This document shows, one piece after another, positions 23,550-37,090 of a stretch of 64,000 nt of DNA. The position numbers and the translations under genes are program-made. The notes below the pieces were generated by a model. The model worked only from the letters and a program-made list of their open reading frames with translations. It had not been told where the DNA came from and searched no databases. The stretch is from the NCBI GenBank assembly GCA_964016885.1, contig OZ024762.1, forward strand, positions 27,900,001 through 27,964,000, read 5' to 3'. Within the stretch, counting starts at the first letter, position 1. Each line of letters begins with the position of its first letter. The stretch is from Eledone cirrhosa. Its lineage: Eukaryota.

Positions 23550-26500
23550 TGGTGTATTGGTGGTGGTGGTGGAGTTAGTGGTGGTGGTGCTGGTAGCGGT
23601 GTGGTGGTGTTAGTGGTGGTGGTGTGGTGGTGGTGCTGGTAGTGGTGTGGTGGTGTGGTGGAGTTAGTGGTGGTGGTGTGGTAGTGGTGGTGGTAGTGGT
23701 GTGGTGGTGCTGGTAGTGGTGTGGTGGTGGTGCTGGTAGTGGTGTGGTGGAGTTAGTGGTGGTGGTGGTGGTGGTAGTGGTGTGGTGGAGTTAGTGGTGG
23801 TGGTGGTGGTGGTGTTGGTAGTGGTGTGGTGGAGTTAGTGGTGGTGGTGTTGGTAGTGGTGTGGTGGAGTTAGTGGTGGTGGTGGTGGTGGTGTGGTGGA
23901 GTTAGTGGTGGTGGTGGTGGTGTGGTAGTGGTGTGGTGGAGTTAGTGGTGGTGGTGTTGGTAGTGGTGGTGGTGTTGGTAGTGGTGTGGTGGAGTTAGTG
24001 GTGGTGGTGTTGGTAGTGGTGTGGTGGAGTTAGTGGTGGTGGTGTTGGTAGTGGTGTGGTGGAGTTAGTGGTGGTGGTGGTGGTGGTGTGGTAGTGGTGT
24101 GGTGGAGTTAGTGGTGGTGGTGTTGGTAGTGGTGTGGTGGAGTTAGTGGTGGTGGTGTTGGTAGTGTGGTGGTGGAGTTAGTGGTGGTGTTGGTAGTGGT
24201 GGTGTTGGTAGTGTGGTGGTGGAGTTAGTGGTGGTGGTGTTGGTAGTGTGGTGGTGGAGTTAGTGGTGGTGGTGGTGGTGTGGTAGTGGTGTGGTGGAGT
24301 TGGTAGTGGTGTGGTGGAGTTAGTGGTGGTGGTGTTGGTAGTGGTGTGGTGGAGTTAGTGGTGGTGGTGTTGGTAGTGGTGTGGTGGAGTTAGTGGTGGT
24401 GGTGGTGGTGGTGGTAGTGGTGTGGTGGAGTTAGTGGTGGTGGTGCTGGTAGTGGTGTGGTGGAGTTAGTGGTGGTGGTGTTGGTAGTGGTGTGGTGGAG
24501 TTAGTGGTGGTGGTGGTGGTGTGGTGGTGGTGTGGTAGTGGTGTGGTGGAGTTAGTGGTGGTGGTGTTGGTAGTGGTGTGGTGGAGTTAGTGGTGGTGGT
24601 AGTGGTGTGGTGGAGTTAGTGGTGGTGGTGTTGGTAATGGTATGGTGGAGTTAGTGGTGGTGGTGTTGTTGGTGTGGTGGTGGTGTTGGTAGTGGTGTGG
24701 TGGAGTTAGTGGTTTTGGTAGTGGTGTGGTGGTGGTGTGGTAGTGGTGTGGTGGTGGTGCTGGTAGTGGTGTGGTGGTGGTGTGGTAGTGGTGTGGTGGT
24801 GTTAGTGGTGGTGGTGGTGGTGGTGTGATGGAGTTAGTGGTGGTGGTGATGCTGGTAGTGATGTGGTGGAGTTAGTGGTGGTGGTGTTGGTAGTGGTGTG
24901 GTGGAGTAAGTGGTGGTGGTAGTGGTGTGGTGGTGTTAGTGGTGGTGGTGTGGTAGTGGTGGTGGTAGTGGTGTGGTGGTGCTGGTAGTGGTGTGGTGGT
25001 GTTAGTGGTGGTGGTGCTGGTAGTGGTGTGGTGGAGTTAGTGGTGGTGGTGGTGGTGGTAGTGGTGTGGTGGAGTTAGTGGTGGTGGTGGTGGTGGTAGT
25101 GGTGTGGTGGAGTTAGTGGTGGTGGTGGTGGTGGTGTGGTGGAGTTAGTGGTGGTGGTGTTGGTAGTGGTGTGGTGGAGTTAGTGGTGGTGGTGTTGGTA
25201 GTGGTGTGGTGGAGTTAGTGGTGGTGGTGGTGGTGGTGTGGTGGAGTTAGTGGTGGTGGTGGTGGTGTGGTAGTGGTGTGGTGGAGTTAGTGGTGGTGGT
25301 GTTGGTAGTGGTGTGGTGGAGTTAGTGGTGGTGGTGTTGGTAGTGGTGTGGTGGAGTTAGTGGTGGTGTTGGTAGTGGTGTGGTGGAGTTAGTGGTGGTG
25401 GTGTTGGTAGTGGTGTGGTGGAGTTAGTGGTGGTGGTGTTGGTAGTGGTGTGGTGGAGTTAGTGGTGGTGGTGTTGGTAGTGGTGTGGTGGAGTTAGTGG
25501 TGGTGGTGTTGGTAGTGGTGTGGTGGAGTTAGTGGTGGTGTTGGTAGTGGTGTGGTGGAGTTAGTGGTGGTGGTGCTGGTAGTGGTGTGGTGGAGTTAGT
25601 GGTGGTGGTGGTGGTGTGGTGGTGGTGTGGTAGTGGTGTGGTGGAGTTAGTGGTGGTGGTGTTGGTAGTGGTGTGGTGGAGTTAGTGGTGGTGGTGGTGG
25701 TGTGGTGGTGGTGTGGTAGTGGTGTGGTGGAGTTAGTGGTGGTGGTGTTGGTAGTGGTGTGGTGGAGTTAGTGGTGGTGGTGTTGGTAGTGGTGTGGTGG
25801 AGTTAGTGGTGGTGTTGGTAGTGGTGTGGTGGAGTTAGTGGTGGTGGTGCTGGTAGTGGTGTGGTGGAGTTAGTGGTGGTGGTGGTGGTGTGGTGGTGGT
25901 GTGGTAGTGGTGTGGTGGAGTTAGTGGTGGTGGTGTTGGTAGTGGTGTGGTGGAGTTAGTGGTGGTGGTGTTGGTAGTGGTGTGGTGGAGTTAGTGGTGG
26001 TGGTGTTGGTAGTGGTGTGGTGGAGTTAGTGGTGGTGGTGTTGGTAGTGGTGTGGTGGAGTTAGTGGTGGTGTTGGTAGTGGTGTGGTGGAGTTAGTGGT
26101 GGTGGTGCTGGTAGTAGTGTGGTGGAGTTAGTGGTGGTGGTGTTGGTAGTGGTGTGGTGGAGTTAGTGGTGGTGTTGGTAGTGGTGTGGTGGAGTTAGTG
26201 GTGGTGGTGCTGGTAGTGGTGTGGTGGAGTTAGTGGTGGTGGTGGTGGTGTGGTGGTGGTGTGGTAGTGGTGTGGTGGAGTTAGTGGTGGTGGTGTTGGT
26301 AGTGGTGTGGTGGAGTTAGTGGTGGTGGTGTTGGTAGTGGTGTGGTGGAGTTAGTGGTGGTGGTGGTGGTGGTGTGGTGGAGTTAGTGGTGGTGGTGGTG
26401 GTGGTGTGGTGGAGTTAGTGGTGGTGGTGCTGGTAGTGGTGTGGTGGAGTTAGTGGTGGTGGTGGTGGTGTGGTGGTGGTGTGGTAGTGGTGTGGTGGAG

Positions 26501-27120
26501 TTAGTGGTGGTGGTGTTGGTAGTGGTGTGGTGGAGTTAGTGGTGGTGGTGTTGGTAGTGGTGTGGTGGAGTTAGTGGTGGTGGTGGTGGTGGTGTGGTGG
26601 AGTTAGTGGTGGTGGTGGTGGTGGTGTGGTGGAGTTAGTGGTGGTGGTGCTGGTAGTGGTGTGGTGGAGTTAGTGGTGGTGGTGGTGGTGTGGTGGTGGT
26701 GTGGTGGTGGTGTGGTAGTGGTGTGGTGGAGTTAGTGGTGGTGGTGTTGGTAGTGGTGTGGTGGAGTTAGTGGTGGTGGTGTTGGTAGTGGTGTGGTGGA
26801 GTTAGTGGTGGTGGTGGTGGTGGTGTGGTGGAGTTAGTGGTGGTGGTGGTGGTGGTGTGGTGGAGTTAGTGGTGGTGGTGCTGGTAGTGGTGTGGTGGAG
26901 TTAGTGGTGGTGGTGGTGGTGTGGTGGTGGTGTGGTAGTGGTGTGGTGGAGTTAGTGGTGGTGGTGTTGGTAGTGGTGTGGTGGAGTTAGTGGTGGTGGT
27001 GTTGGTAGTGGTGGTGGTGTGGTAGTGGTGTGGTGGAGTTAGTGGTGGTGGTGTTGGTAGTGGTGTGGTGGAGTTAGTGGTGGTGGTGGTGGTGGTGGTA
27101 GTGGTGTGGTGGAGTTGGTG
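23550..27120. repeat. G-rich minisatellite GGTGTTGGTAGTGGTGTGGTGGAGTTAGT(GGT)n
   Basis: About 3.5 kb of tandem ~35-bp variable units. Unit length is not a multiple of 3. Confidence 0.95.
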
Positions 27121-27686
27121 GTGACTGGTGTTTGTGGTGGTGTTGATGATGGTTGCAGGGTGCCAGTACTAATGTGTAGGAGTGGGGTGGTGGTGGGGGT
27201 GACTGACTACATGGGAGTCTAGAAGAGGGGAGTGAGAGGGCATCTGAGAACATTTATGTGTGAGTGATTATGTATGTGTGCATGCGTGTGATTATGCATG
27301 TGTGTGTATGTATGTATATATGTGTGTTTGGTTCATTCCATATGTGTTGTGTTGTTGTTGGTGTTGGTGGTGGTAGGGCATGATCAGGACTAATTCATTC
27401 ATTCACTTTCCTTACACAGACGCACACACACACACTCACATACACACATACACTCACATATACACACATACACGCATACACACATATACATACACACACT
27501 CATACATACAAACATACACACATACATACACATACACTCACATATACATACACACACATACACACTCACATACACACATACACTTACATATACATACACA
27601 CATACACACACTCGCATACACACATACACTTACATACACACATACACTTACATACACACAAACACTTACATATACATAGACATCTA

Positions 27687-29318
27687 GAGATGAAGGGCCT
27701 GACAATACAACCTCTACAGTCAGGTGACAACTACAGATATCTTGGACAGGATGAGAATGTCAGATATGATGGACCCATAAATAAGGAGAGAACCAGAACT
27801 GAATACCTCAGAAGAGTAAAGAAAATATGGTCATCAGAACTGTCAGCGTACAACAAATACATTGCCCACAATACTTATGCTGTGCCAATTCTAACGCCAA
27901 CATTTGGCCTGCTGAACTGGTCATTGCAAGAACTAAGTGCGATGGATGTTAGAACTCGCAAACTTTTCAGTGAACTTTAACATCAATGGTGATGTGGATA
28001 GGCTATACTTCTCACGCAAGGAAGGTGGCCGGGGTCTAAAATCCATATTAAAATCATATGAGACCCGGATAGTAACACTGAAGCAACATCTTCAACAGAG
28101 GAAATAGGTTGGCAACCATCTTGCCCAGGTTTATGAGCATGAAAAAAAATATATCATTAGAATAGCGACTGATCTGGGGGAGAGATATGGAATAAAGCCT
28201 GATATAAATCTCTCACCCAGAGAAATCGGAAGATCCTATTCAGTGTTCAAACAAGATGAAAACATTGACCAATTTACAGAAAAAGTTGTGCATGGATACT
28301 TGAGACGTAAAACACACACCATAGAGGGGATAAACCACTCAAAAAGCCTGGCATGGAGTTCCGAGAAGTTTATGACATCACACCTTGAGGGATATCTCTA
28401 TGCAATACAGGAACAAGAACTCCCTACCAAATATCTGCTGCACAAAAGAGGAGGGCCATCACCTGACAATAAATGTAGGCTATGTAAAACAAAGATTGAA
28501 GATGTAAGCCACATTGTTGCCAGCTGCGAAAGAATGTCATCTCGCTACTACCTCCCCATGAGACACGATGGGATAGCAAGAACCATCTGGAACGCACTTC
28601 GGAAAACAAAATTAACAACAAACGAGGAAGAGTATATTAAGACAGATGGCACTAAGGAATACTGGTGGAACCTGAAATTAAAAACTGCCACCAAATTAAA
28701 GCACAACCGGCCTGATATTGTTGTTTGGGACCACACATTGAAAACGTGTTCTGTTGTGGAGATCAGCTGCCCACTTGATGTAAACGTTGTCAGAAAAATA
28801 CAGGAGAAGGAGGACATCTACGGACCATTGATGAGGAGTTTACAAATCCAGTATCCAAGATACACCTTTAGCTTCTTACCCCTCATTATTGGAGCAGAGG
28901 GTCGGAGTATCGGTAGAGGGTCGGATGCCATGCTTTGAAGCATAGAGTTACCTCCCTGTATGATCTGAGTTCAAATCCCGCCGAGGTTAACTTGGCCTTT
29001 CATCCTTCCGGGGTCGATAAAATAAAGTACCAGTAATGCACTGGGTAATTGCTGGCCTTGTGCCAAAAGTAGAAACAATTATTGGAGCTACGGGTTATAT
29101 ACCAACCCGCTTGGACCAATGTATAACTGAACTTGGATTTGCGGACAAAGAGCGTGGCTCCTTAATTCATAGTCTACAAACGGCTGCGATAGTTGGCACC
29201 TTCAAAATTTGCAAAACATTCTTGCGATTCAAGGGATGACAATTTCTTTTCTTTTACAACCTTGCCACCAGGAAGGTGGCCGGTCAAAAATATACTCGAA
29301 ATTAAGAGAAAGAGATAA
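27687..29318 (+). mobile_element. 5'-truncated R4/Dong-clade non-LTR retrotransposon (RT end, CCHC, RLE)
   Basis: YRYLG, KEGGRGL, CRLC..HIVASC, RHD, HNRPDIV..EISCP..K motifs. Frameshift and stop near 27970-28110. Flanked by CA-rich repeats. Confidence 0.88.
28896..29077 (+). mobile_element. SINE inserted in the R4 element with 11-bp TSD
   Basis: TSD ATTATTGGAGC at 28885-28895 and 29078-29088. Core TTTCATCCTTCCGGGGTCGATAAAATAAAGTACCAG. Family also at 29845, 31071, 37211-37500 (-), 39170-39450 (-), 43980-44595 (x3), 46870, 47570, 47985, 50243, 62360-62790 (-) and 63362 (-). Confidence 0.9.
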
Positions 29319-29519
29319 CACACACACATACTCGCATATACATACACACACTCATACACGCATACACATAAATACAAACATACACACATACACACACATA
29401 AACATACACACACACATACACACACACATACACACACACACTAACTCACACATACACACACATGCACACATGGAGTATTTCAAGAAAACAATACAAACCT
29501 ATAGCCAAACCTCAGCCAA

Positions 29520-29835
29520 ACCTCAGCTTTTCCCTGCTTGCAAGGGTGGGACAGGTCCCCTTCAGCACAGCATCTCTCTATTTGTCAATGGTCCTTCGCC
29601 ATTTCCTCTGTGACTTCAGTGATCTGAGATCAGCTCTCACTACCTCCACCCATGTTTTCTGTGGTCTCCTCACTGGGATTACTTGGCACTTCTTCACCCA
29701 GCAGTCTTCATCCATGTGCATCACATGGCCATACCAACATAGTCTTCTCCCCTGCACACTACAGTTTATCCCTCTTATACACAGTTTCTCTCTCAACACA
29801 TCTATGCTTGGTCATTCACCCACATTGACATTGCA
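29520..29835 (-). mobile_element. RTE 3' fragment
   Basis: RRLCWYGHVMHMDEDCWVKKC, homologous to the 6556 ORF end. Confidence 0.8.
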
Positions 29836-30029
29836 ATATTATATAGGGCGGTGGATTGGCAGTATCAGTAGAGGGTCGGACGCCATGCTTTCCAGCATAG
29901 TTACGTCCCTTTACAATCTGAATTCAAATCCCGCCGAGGTTGACTTTGCCTTTCATCCTTACGGGGTCGATAAAATAAAGTACCAGTAATGCACTGGGTA
30001 TTTGCTGGCCTTGTGCCTAAAGTAGAAAC

Positions 30030-30060
<31 letters not shown>

Positions 30061-30064
<4 letters not shown>

Positions 30065-30320
30065 AAAGTTAAACAAGGTTCAATGAATACATCAAAGAAT
30101 GAGTTTTACAATAGATTGGAAGCACTCAACAGAAAAGGTTTTCCAGCGTTATTAATATTAATTCAAAATATTAACAAAATAGATATTCTTGTGATCAAGG
30201 ATATTTTATTATACATATTTCAGAGGTACTGAGTTAAGTTCAACAGTACGTCTGAAATATGTATAATAAAATATCCTTGATCACAAGAATATCTATTTTG
30301 TTAATATTTTGAATTAATAT
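30061..30320 (-). mobile_element. Fold-back element, family of 1-275, folded inside hammerhead stem II
   Basis: Arms 30155-30231/30244-30320 begin CAGTAC..GAAATATGTATAATAAAA, matching 199-226. CAATAGATT..AAGCACTC is also present at window positions 1-19. Confidence 0.72.
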
Positions 30321-31504
30321 ATATATATTTAAAGGCCCCCATCAGTCATCATTGACCATGAGCTTTGCAACTAGAAAGTTCTTTTCCAAGGTACAAGCCT
30401 AGGCAAGGTGTGTTTGTGCAAGACCAGCTGTTGCTCCTGCATACAAGTCTCCACTCTCAACATCTCTGATGTTTTCCAAGGGAAAGGCAAAGGGTTGATA
30501 CAGCTTGGCAGCAGTGACATTGCAACTCTTTCCTACAGTTGACTGGTCTGAGAATTGAGCTCACAACCTCATGATTGCAAGCTCAATGCTCAACAAAGCC
30601 ATGTGCCTTCAATATATATAAATTGAATACATATAAAAATGAGAACAACTTTTAAAGGCCCCCTGTGGTCATCATTGACCATCTGATTGGCACCTTGAAA
30701 GTTCTCTTACATTAATATAAAAAAATAATAATAATGTATAATTATTTTAACCCTTTAACATTTACATTACTCTATATACATAATTGTATTTTCACAGTAA
30801 ACACTTTATTTCACATAATTATCTCACATAATATCAAGATTTTGATATTATTTATTTTGAGAATAATACCTTAACATCAGTATGAGCAGCTAATTATGGC
30901 TGGTTTGAACAGAAAGAGATGAGAGAATTCTGGCAGGACACTCAAATTTTTTTAGAGGAGGGCCTTTAATTTCATATAGTTTAGGGCCTCACCAGGTAAA
31001 AGTTTGGCCCTGGTGCTATGTATACCTGTCTTTCAGCTTCTCTTTTAGCTATGAGGTACTAAACTTTAAGCTGGCGAATTGGCAGAGTCATTAGAACGTC
31101 AGATAGAATGCTTTATGGTATTCATTCCAGCTCTCTGTTCTCTGAGTTCAAATTCTGCCGAGGTCAACTTTGCCTTTCATCCTTTCGAGATAGCTAAAAA
31201 AAAGTACCAGTTTAGTACTGGGGTCGATTCTTCCTCTATATCTCTTTCACATTTCATCTCCCTCACTTTCTATCCTTCTCTGGAATAAATCTGCTGTACT
31301 CAGCCCTGGAGAGTGATGGGCTCCACCAGGTCAGCCCTGGAGAGGGGTGGGCTCTACCAGGCTTAAAATGGCCAAGAAACACTGTATGTCAATACGGCGC
31401 CCCTACGACTCTGTCAGGAGTTATGGGACCATACATACTAAACTGTGAATTCTATGAATACCTGTCTTCTAGCTTCTGTTTTAACTACCAGGTATGGGGC
31501 TTTG

Positions 31505-31690
31505 CTTGCCCCCATTTTTCCAGTCTTTCCACACCTGTCTCTTGATGATAACAGCTCTATCTCTGGTTCTGTTCCACCATCAGATCACCCAACCCCATGT
31601 CTGGGTGGTGTTTAGTTCCAGTCACAAGACTCATCAGTAACCAGCAGTAGCTTGTCTTGTAGAAACTTCCAGTTGTTTTCTGTCACCATC
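31505..31690 (-). mobile_element. Decayed internal RTE fragment
   Basis: ENNWKFLQDKLLLVTDESCDW aligns by eye to EENWEFLKNNLLEATDEVCGW of the RTE ORF. Confidence 0.7.
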
Positions 31691-31966
31691 ACAACCTCCA
31701 ACACCATCATCACCTCCACTACTGCCTCCAACTCTACAAACACCACTAAACCACTGATATTACCACCACCACAACCACAATCCCCACCACCACGACTACC
31801 ACCACCAATACTATCACCACCAATAGTACCACCACCACAACCATCCCAACCACTATCCCCAATAACAATACTCCCACCACCATTACCACCACCAATACTA
31901 CCTTCCCCCAACAACAATACTCCCACCACTACCATCACCACCAACAATACCACAACCAATACTACC

Positions 31967-34668
31967 TCAACCACAACCACTACCACCACCAATGCTACCC
32001 TCACCATCCTCACCACAACCACCACCAATTCCGCCATCAAAACTACCACCAAAACTACCACCACTACTACCTCCACCATACCCACCATAACCACCATTCT
32101 CACCACCAAAACTACCACCACTACTACCTCCACCATACCCACCATATCCACCATTCTCACCACCAAAACTACCACCACTACTACCTCCACCATACCCACC
32201 ATATTCACCACTCTCACCACCAATACTACCACTACCACCACCATACCCCCCATATCCACCACTACCACCACCATACCCACCCCATCCACGACTACTAACG
32301 CCACCGTACCCACCATATCCACCAATACCACCACTACCATACCCTCCTAATCCATAACTACCACCACCACACCCACCATACCCACAATACCCACCATATC
32401 CACCACTACCCCCACCATACCCACTACTACCCCCTCCATACCCACCATATCCACCACTACCACCACCATACTTACCATATCCACCACTACCACCTCCATA
32501 CCCACCATATACACAACTACCCCTACCATACCCGCCATATCCACTACCACCACCACCATACCCACCATATCCTCCACTACCACCCCCACCATACCCACCA
32601 TATCCACCAATACCACCACCACCATATCCACCACCACCACTACCACAAACAACATACCCACCATATCCAGCACCACTACTACCACCATACCCACCACTGC
32701 CACCACCATACCCACCATATGCCACACTACCACCACCACCATGTCCACCACCACCACCACCATACCCACCATATCCACCACTACCACCACCATATCCACC
32801 ACCGCCACCACCACCATACCCATCATATCCACCACTACCACCACCATATCCACCACCACCACCACCACCATACCCATCATATCCACCACTACCACCACCA
32901 TATCCACCACCACCACCACCACCATACCCACCATATCCACCACTACCACCACCATACCAACCATATCCACCAGCACCATATACACCATATCCACCACTAC
33001 CACCACCACCATATCCACCACTACAACCATCACCATACCCACCATATCCTCCACTACCACCACCATATCCACCACTACCACCACCATATCCACCACTACC
33101 ACCACCATACCCACCATATCCACCACTACTATCACCATACCCACTATATCCACCACTACCACCACCATACACACCATATCCACCACTACCATCACCATAC
33201 CCACCATATCCTCCACTACCACCACCATATCCACCACTACCACCACCATATCCACCACCACCACCACCACCATACCCACCATATCCACCACTACCACCAC
33301 CATACCAACCATATCCACCAGCACCATATACACCATATCCACCACTACCACCACCACCATATCCACCACTACAACCATCACCATACCCACCATATCCTCC
33401 ACTACCACCACCATATCCACCACTACCACCACCATATCCACCACTACCACCACCATACCCACCATATCCACCACTACCATCACCATACCTACCATATCCA
33501 CCACTACCACCACCATACCCACCATATCCACCACTACCATCACCATACCCACCATATCCACCACTACCACCACCATACACACCATATCCACCACTACCAC
33601 CTCCATACCCACGATATCCACTACTACCCCTACCATACCCACCATATCCACTACTACCCCTACCATACCCACCATATCCACCACTACCACCACCATACAC
33701 ACCATATCCACCACTACCACCTCCATACCCACCATATCCACTACTACCCCTACCATACCCACCATATCCACTACTACCCCTACCATACCCACCATATCCA
33801 CCACTACCCCTACCATACCCACCATATCCACCACTACAACCACCATCATACCCACCATATCCACCACTACCACCACCATACCCACCATATCCACCACTAC
33901 CACCACCATACCCACCATATCCACCACTACCACCACTCCCACCACCACAATACCCACCACTACCACCACTCCCACCCCCGCCATACCCACCATACCCACC
34001 ACTACCACCACTTCCACCATATCCACCACTCCCACCACCACAATACCCACCACTACCACCACTCCCACCGTATCCACCACTACCACCATATCCACCACTC
34101 CCACCACCACAATACCCACCACTACCACCACTCCCACCATATCCACCACTACCACCACTCCCACCACCACCATACCCACCATACCCACCACTACCACCAC
34201 TCCCACCACCACCACTCCCACCATATCCACCACTACCACCACTCCCACCACCACAATTCCCACCACTACCACCACTCCCACCATATCCACCACTACCACC
34301 ACTCTCACCCCCACCATACCCACCACTACCACCACTTCCACCATATCCACCACTCCCACCACCACAATACCCACCACTACCACCACTACCACCACTCCCA
34401 CCCCCACCATACCCACCATACCCACCATACCCACCACTACCACCACTTCCACCATATCCACCAGTCCTACCACCACCATACCCACCACTACCACCACCAT
34501 CCCACCACTACCACCACTCCCACCATATCCACAACTACCACCACTCCCACCACCACCATACCCACCACCATACCCACCACCATATCCACTACTACCACCA
34601 CTCCCTAGACCATCCAAGTTGCATCCTTCATAATGGGAACAGGATGTAGAAATCTTGGCCCCTTGGTA
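31967..34668 (-). CDS. Candidate terminal exon of a Gly/Tyr-rich (GGY repeat) structural protein, one frameshift at about 34500
   Basis: Acceptor ccttcAG at 34669-34670, then YQGAKISTSCSHYEGCNLDGLGSGGSSGYGGGYGG. A 1-bp loss at 34500/34501 switches into the frame of the 577-aa GGY ORF. A 348-bp in-frame internal duplication and varied Gly codons support coding. Confidence 0.55.
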
Positions 34669-34682
34669 CTGAAGGTAGGTAG

Positions 34683-36570
34683 TGTGTATATATGTGTGTA
34701 TCTATGTCCACGTGTGTGTATATGTGTGTGTATCTATGTCCACGTGTGTGTATATGTGTGTGTATCTTTGTCAGCGTGTGTGTATATGTGTGTGTATCTA
34801 TGTCCACGTGTGTATATATATATGTGTGTATCTATGTCCACGTGTGTGTGTATATATATGTGATTCTTTGTCCACCTGTGTGTATATATATGTGTGTATC
34901 TTTGTCCACGTGTGTGTATATATATGTGTGTATCTTTGTCCACGTGTGTGTATATATATGTGTGTATCTTTGTCCACGTGTGCGTATATATGTGTGTATC
35001 TTTGTCCACGTGTGTGTATATGTGTGTGTATCTTTGTCCACGTGTGTGTATATATATGTGTGTATCTTTGTCCACGTGTGTGTGTATATGTGTGTGTATC
35101 TTTGTCCACCTGTGTGTATATATATGTGTGTATCTTTGTCCACGTGTGTGTATATGTGTGTGTATCTTTGTCCACGTGTGTGTATATGTGTGTGTATCTT
35201 TGTCCACGTGTGTGTATATATATGTGTGTATCTTTGTCCACGTGTGTGTATATATATGTGTGTATCTTTGTCCACGTGTGTGTATATATGTGTGTGTATC
35301 TTTGTCCACGTGTGTGTATATGTGTGTGTATCTTTGTCCACGTGTGTGTATATATATGTGTGTATCTTTGTCCACGTGTGTGTATATGTGTGTGTATCTT
35401 TGTCAGCGTGTGTGTATATGTGTGTGTATCTATGTCCACGTGTGTGTATATATATGTGTGTATCTATGTCCACGTGTGTGTGTATATATATGTGATTCTT
35501 TGTCCACGTGTGTGTATATATATGTGTGTATCTTTGTCCACGTGTGCGTATATATGTGTGTATCTTTGTCCACGTGTGTGTATATGTGTGTGTATCTTTG
35601 TCCACGTGTGTGTATATATATGTGTGTATCTTTGTCCACGTGTGTGTGTATATGTGTGTGTATCTTTGTCCACCTGTGTGTATATATATGTGTGTATCTT
35701 TGTCCACGTGTGTGTATATGTGTGTGTATCTTTGTCCACGTGTGTGTATATATATGTGTGTATCTATGTCCACGTGTGTGTATGTGTGTGTGTATCTTTG
35801 TCCACGTGTGTGTATATATATATGTGTGTATCTTTGTCCACGTGTGTGTATATATATGTGTGTATCTTTGTCCACGTGTGCGTATATGTGTGTGTATCTT
35901 TGTCCACGTGTGTGTATATATATGTGTGTATCTTTGTCAACGTGTGTGTATATGTGTGTGTATCTTTGTCCACGTGTGTGTGTATATATGTGTGTATCTT
36001 TGTCCACGTGTGTGTATATGTGTGTGTATCTTTGTCCACGTGTGTGTATATGTGTGTGTATCTTTGTCCACCTGTGTGTATATATATGTGTGTATCTTTG
36101 TCCACGTGTGTGTATGTGTGTGTGTATCTTTGTCCACGTGTGTGTATATATATGTGTGTATCTTTGTCCACGTGTGTGTATATATGTGTGTATATGTGTG
36201 TGTATCCACGTGTGTGTATATATGTGTATCTTTGTCCACGTGTGTGTATATATATGTGTATCTATGTCCACGTGTGTGTATATGTGTGTGTATCTATGTC
36301 CACGTGTGCGTATATATGTGTATCTTTGTCCACGTGTGTGTATATGTGTGTGTATCTATGTCCTCGTGTGCGTATATATGTGTATCTTTGTCCACGTGTG
36401 TATATATGTGTGTGTATCTATGTCCACGTGTGCGTATATATATGTGTGTATCTTTGTCCACGTGTGTGTGTATATGTGTGTATCTTTGTCCACGTGTGTG
36501 TATATATATGTGTATCTATGTCCTCGTGTGTGTATATGTGCGTGTATCTATGTCCACGTGTGTGTATATG
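34683..36570. repeat. ~30-34 bp satellite GTGTGTATATATATGTGTGTATCTTTGTCCAC
   Basis: More than 50 tandem units, most creating CACGTG. Confidence 0.95.
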
Positions 36571-36949
36571 TGTGTGTGTGTACACTGTCTATATCCACAT
36601 TTGTGTGTGTGTGTGTGCTTGTATGTGATTATGTGTAATACATTTACAATATATAAATTATATATATGTATACACATCCATATATATATACATACGCACG
36701 CACACATACACACATATATATATATTTAAGACTAAAATGAAACAAATATACAAACATATGTATGTATGTATATATGTGTATGTATTGTGTGTGTATATAT
36801 TTGAGATAGTGTATATTGAAGGTTGCCATCTGAGTGAACTGGAGTAATGGAGTGTCTTGTTTAAGGATGCCCCGCTCTCTCATCTGACGTAAATCCGACA
36901 TAATTGTTTACACCAATCGACAAGTATTTCTAACAGAAGTTGTAATATA

Positions 36950-37090
36950 ATCGGCTTGTCTCCCCCACAGCCCCGGAATAGAGAGGGTGTTTCCCTGGAG
37001 GACGGCAAGGGAGACGCGCTGGAAAACCCACTCCAACTCGTGGGGCTCACACCTGCGGCTGGCCAGCTCAGTGCCTATGGTGGTATGTAC
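36950..37090 (-). mobile_element. CRE-like element 3' remnant
   Basis: TTIGTELAS..ELEWVFQRVSLAVLQGN, homologous to 53480-53600. Confidence 0.75.

Noticed and set aside
32347-34633. Long Val/Met-, His- and Thr-rich ORFs
   Set aside because: Alternative frames and strands of the GGY repeat, open only because the composition lacks stop codons.
34682-36729. 600-aa Cys/Val/Tyr ORFs
   Set aside because: Translations of a satellite with unit lengths not divisible by 3.
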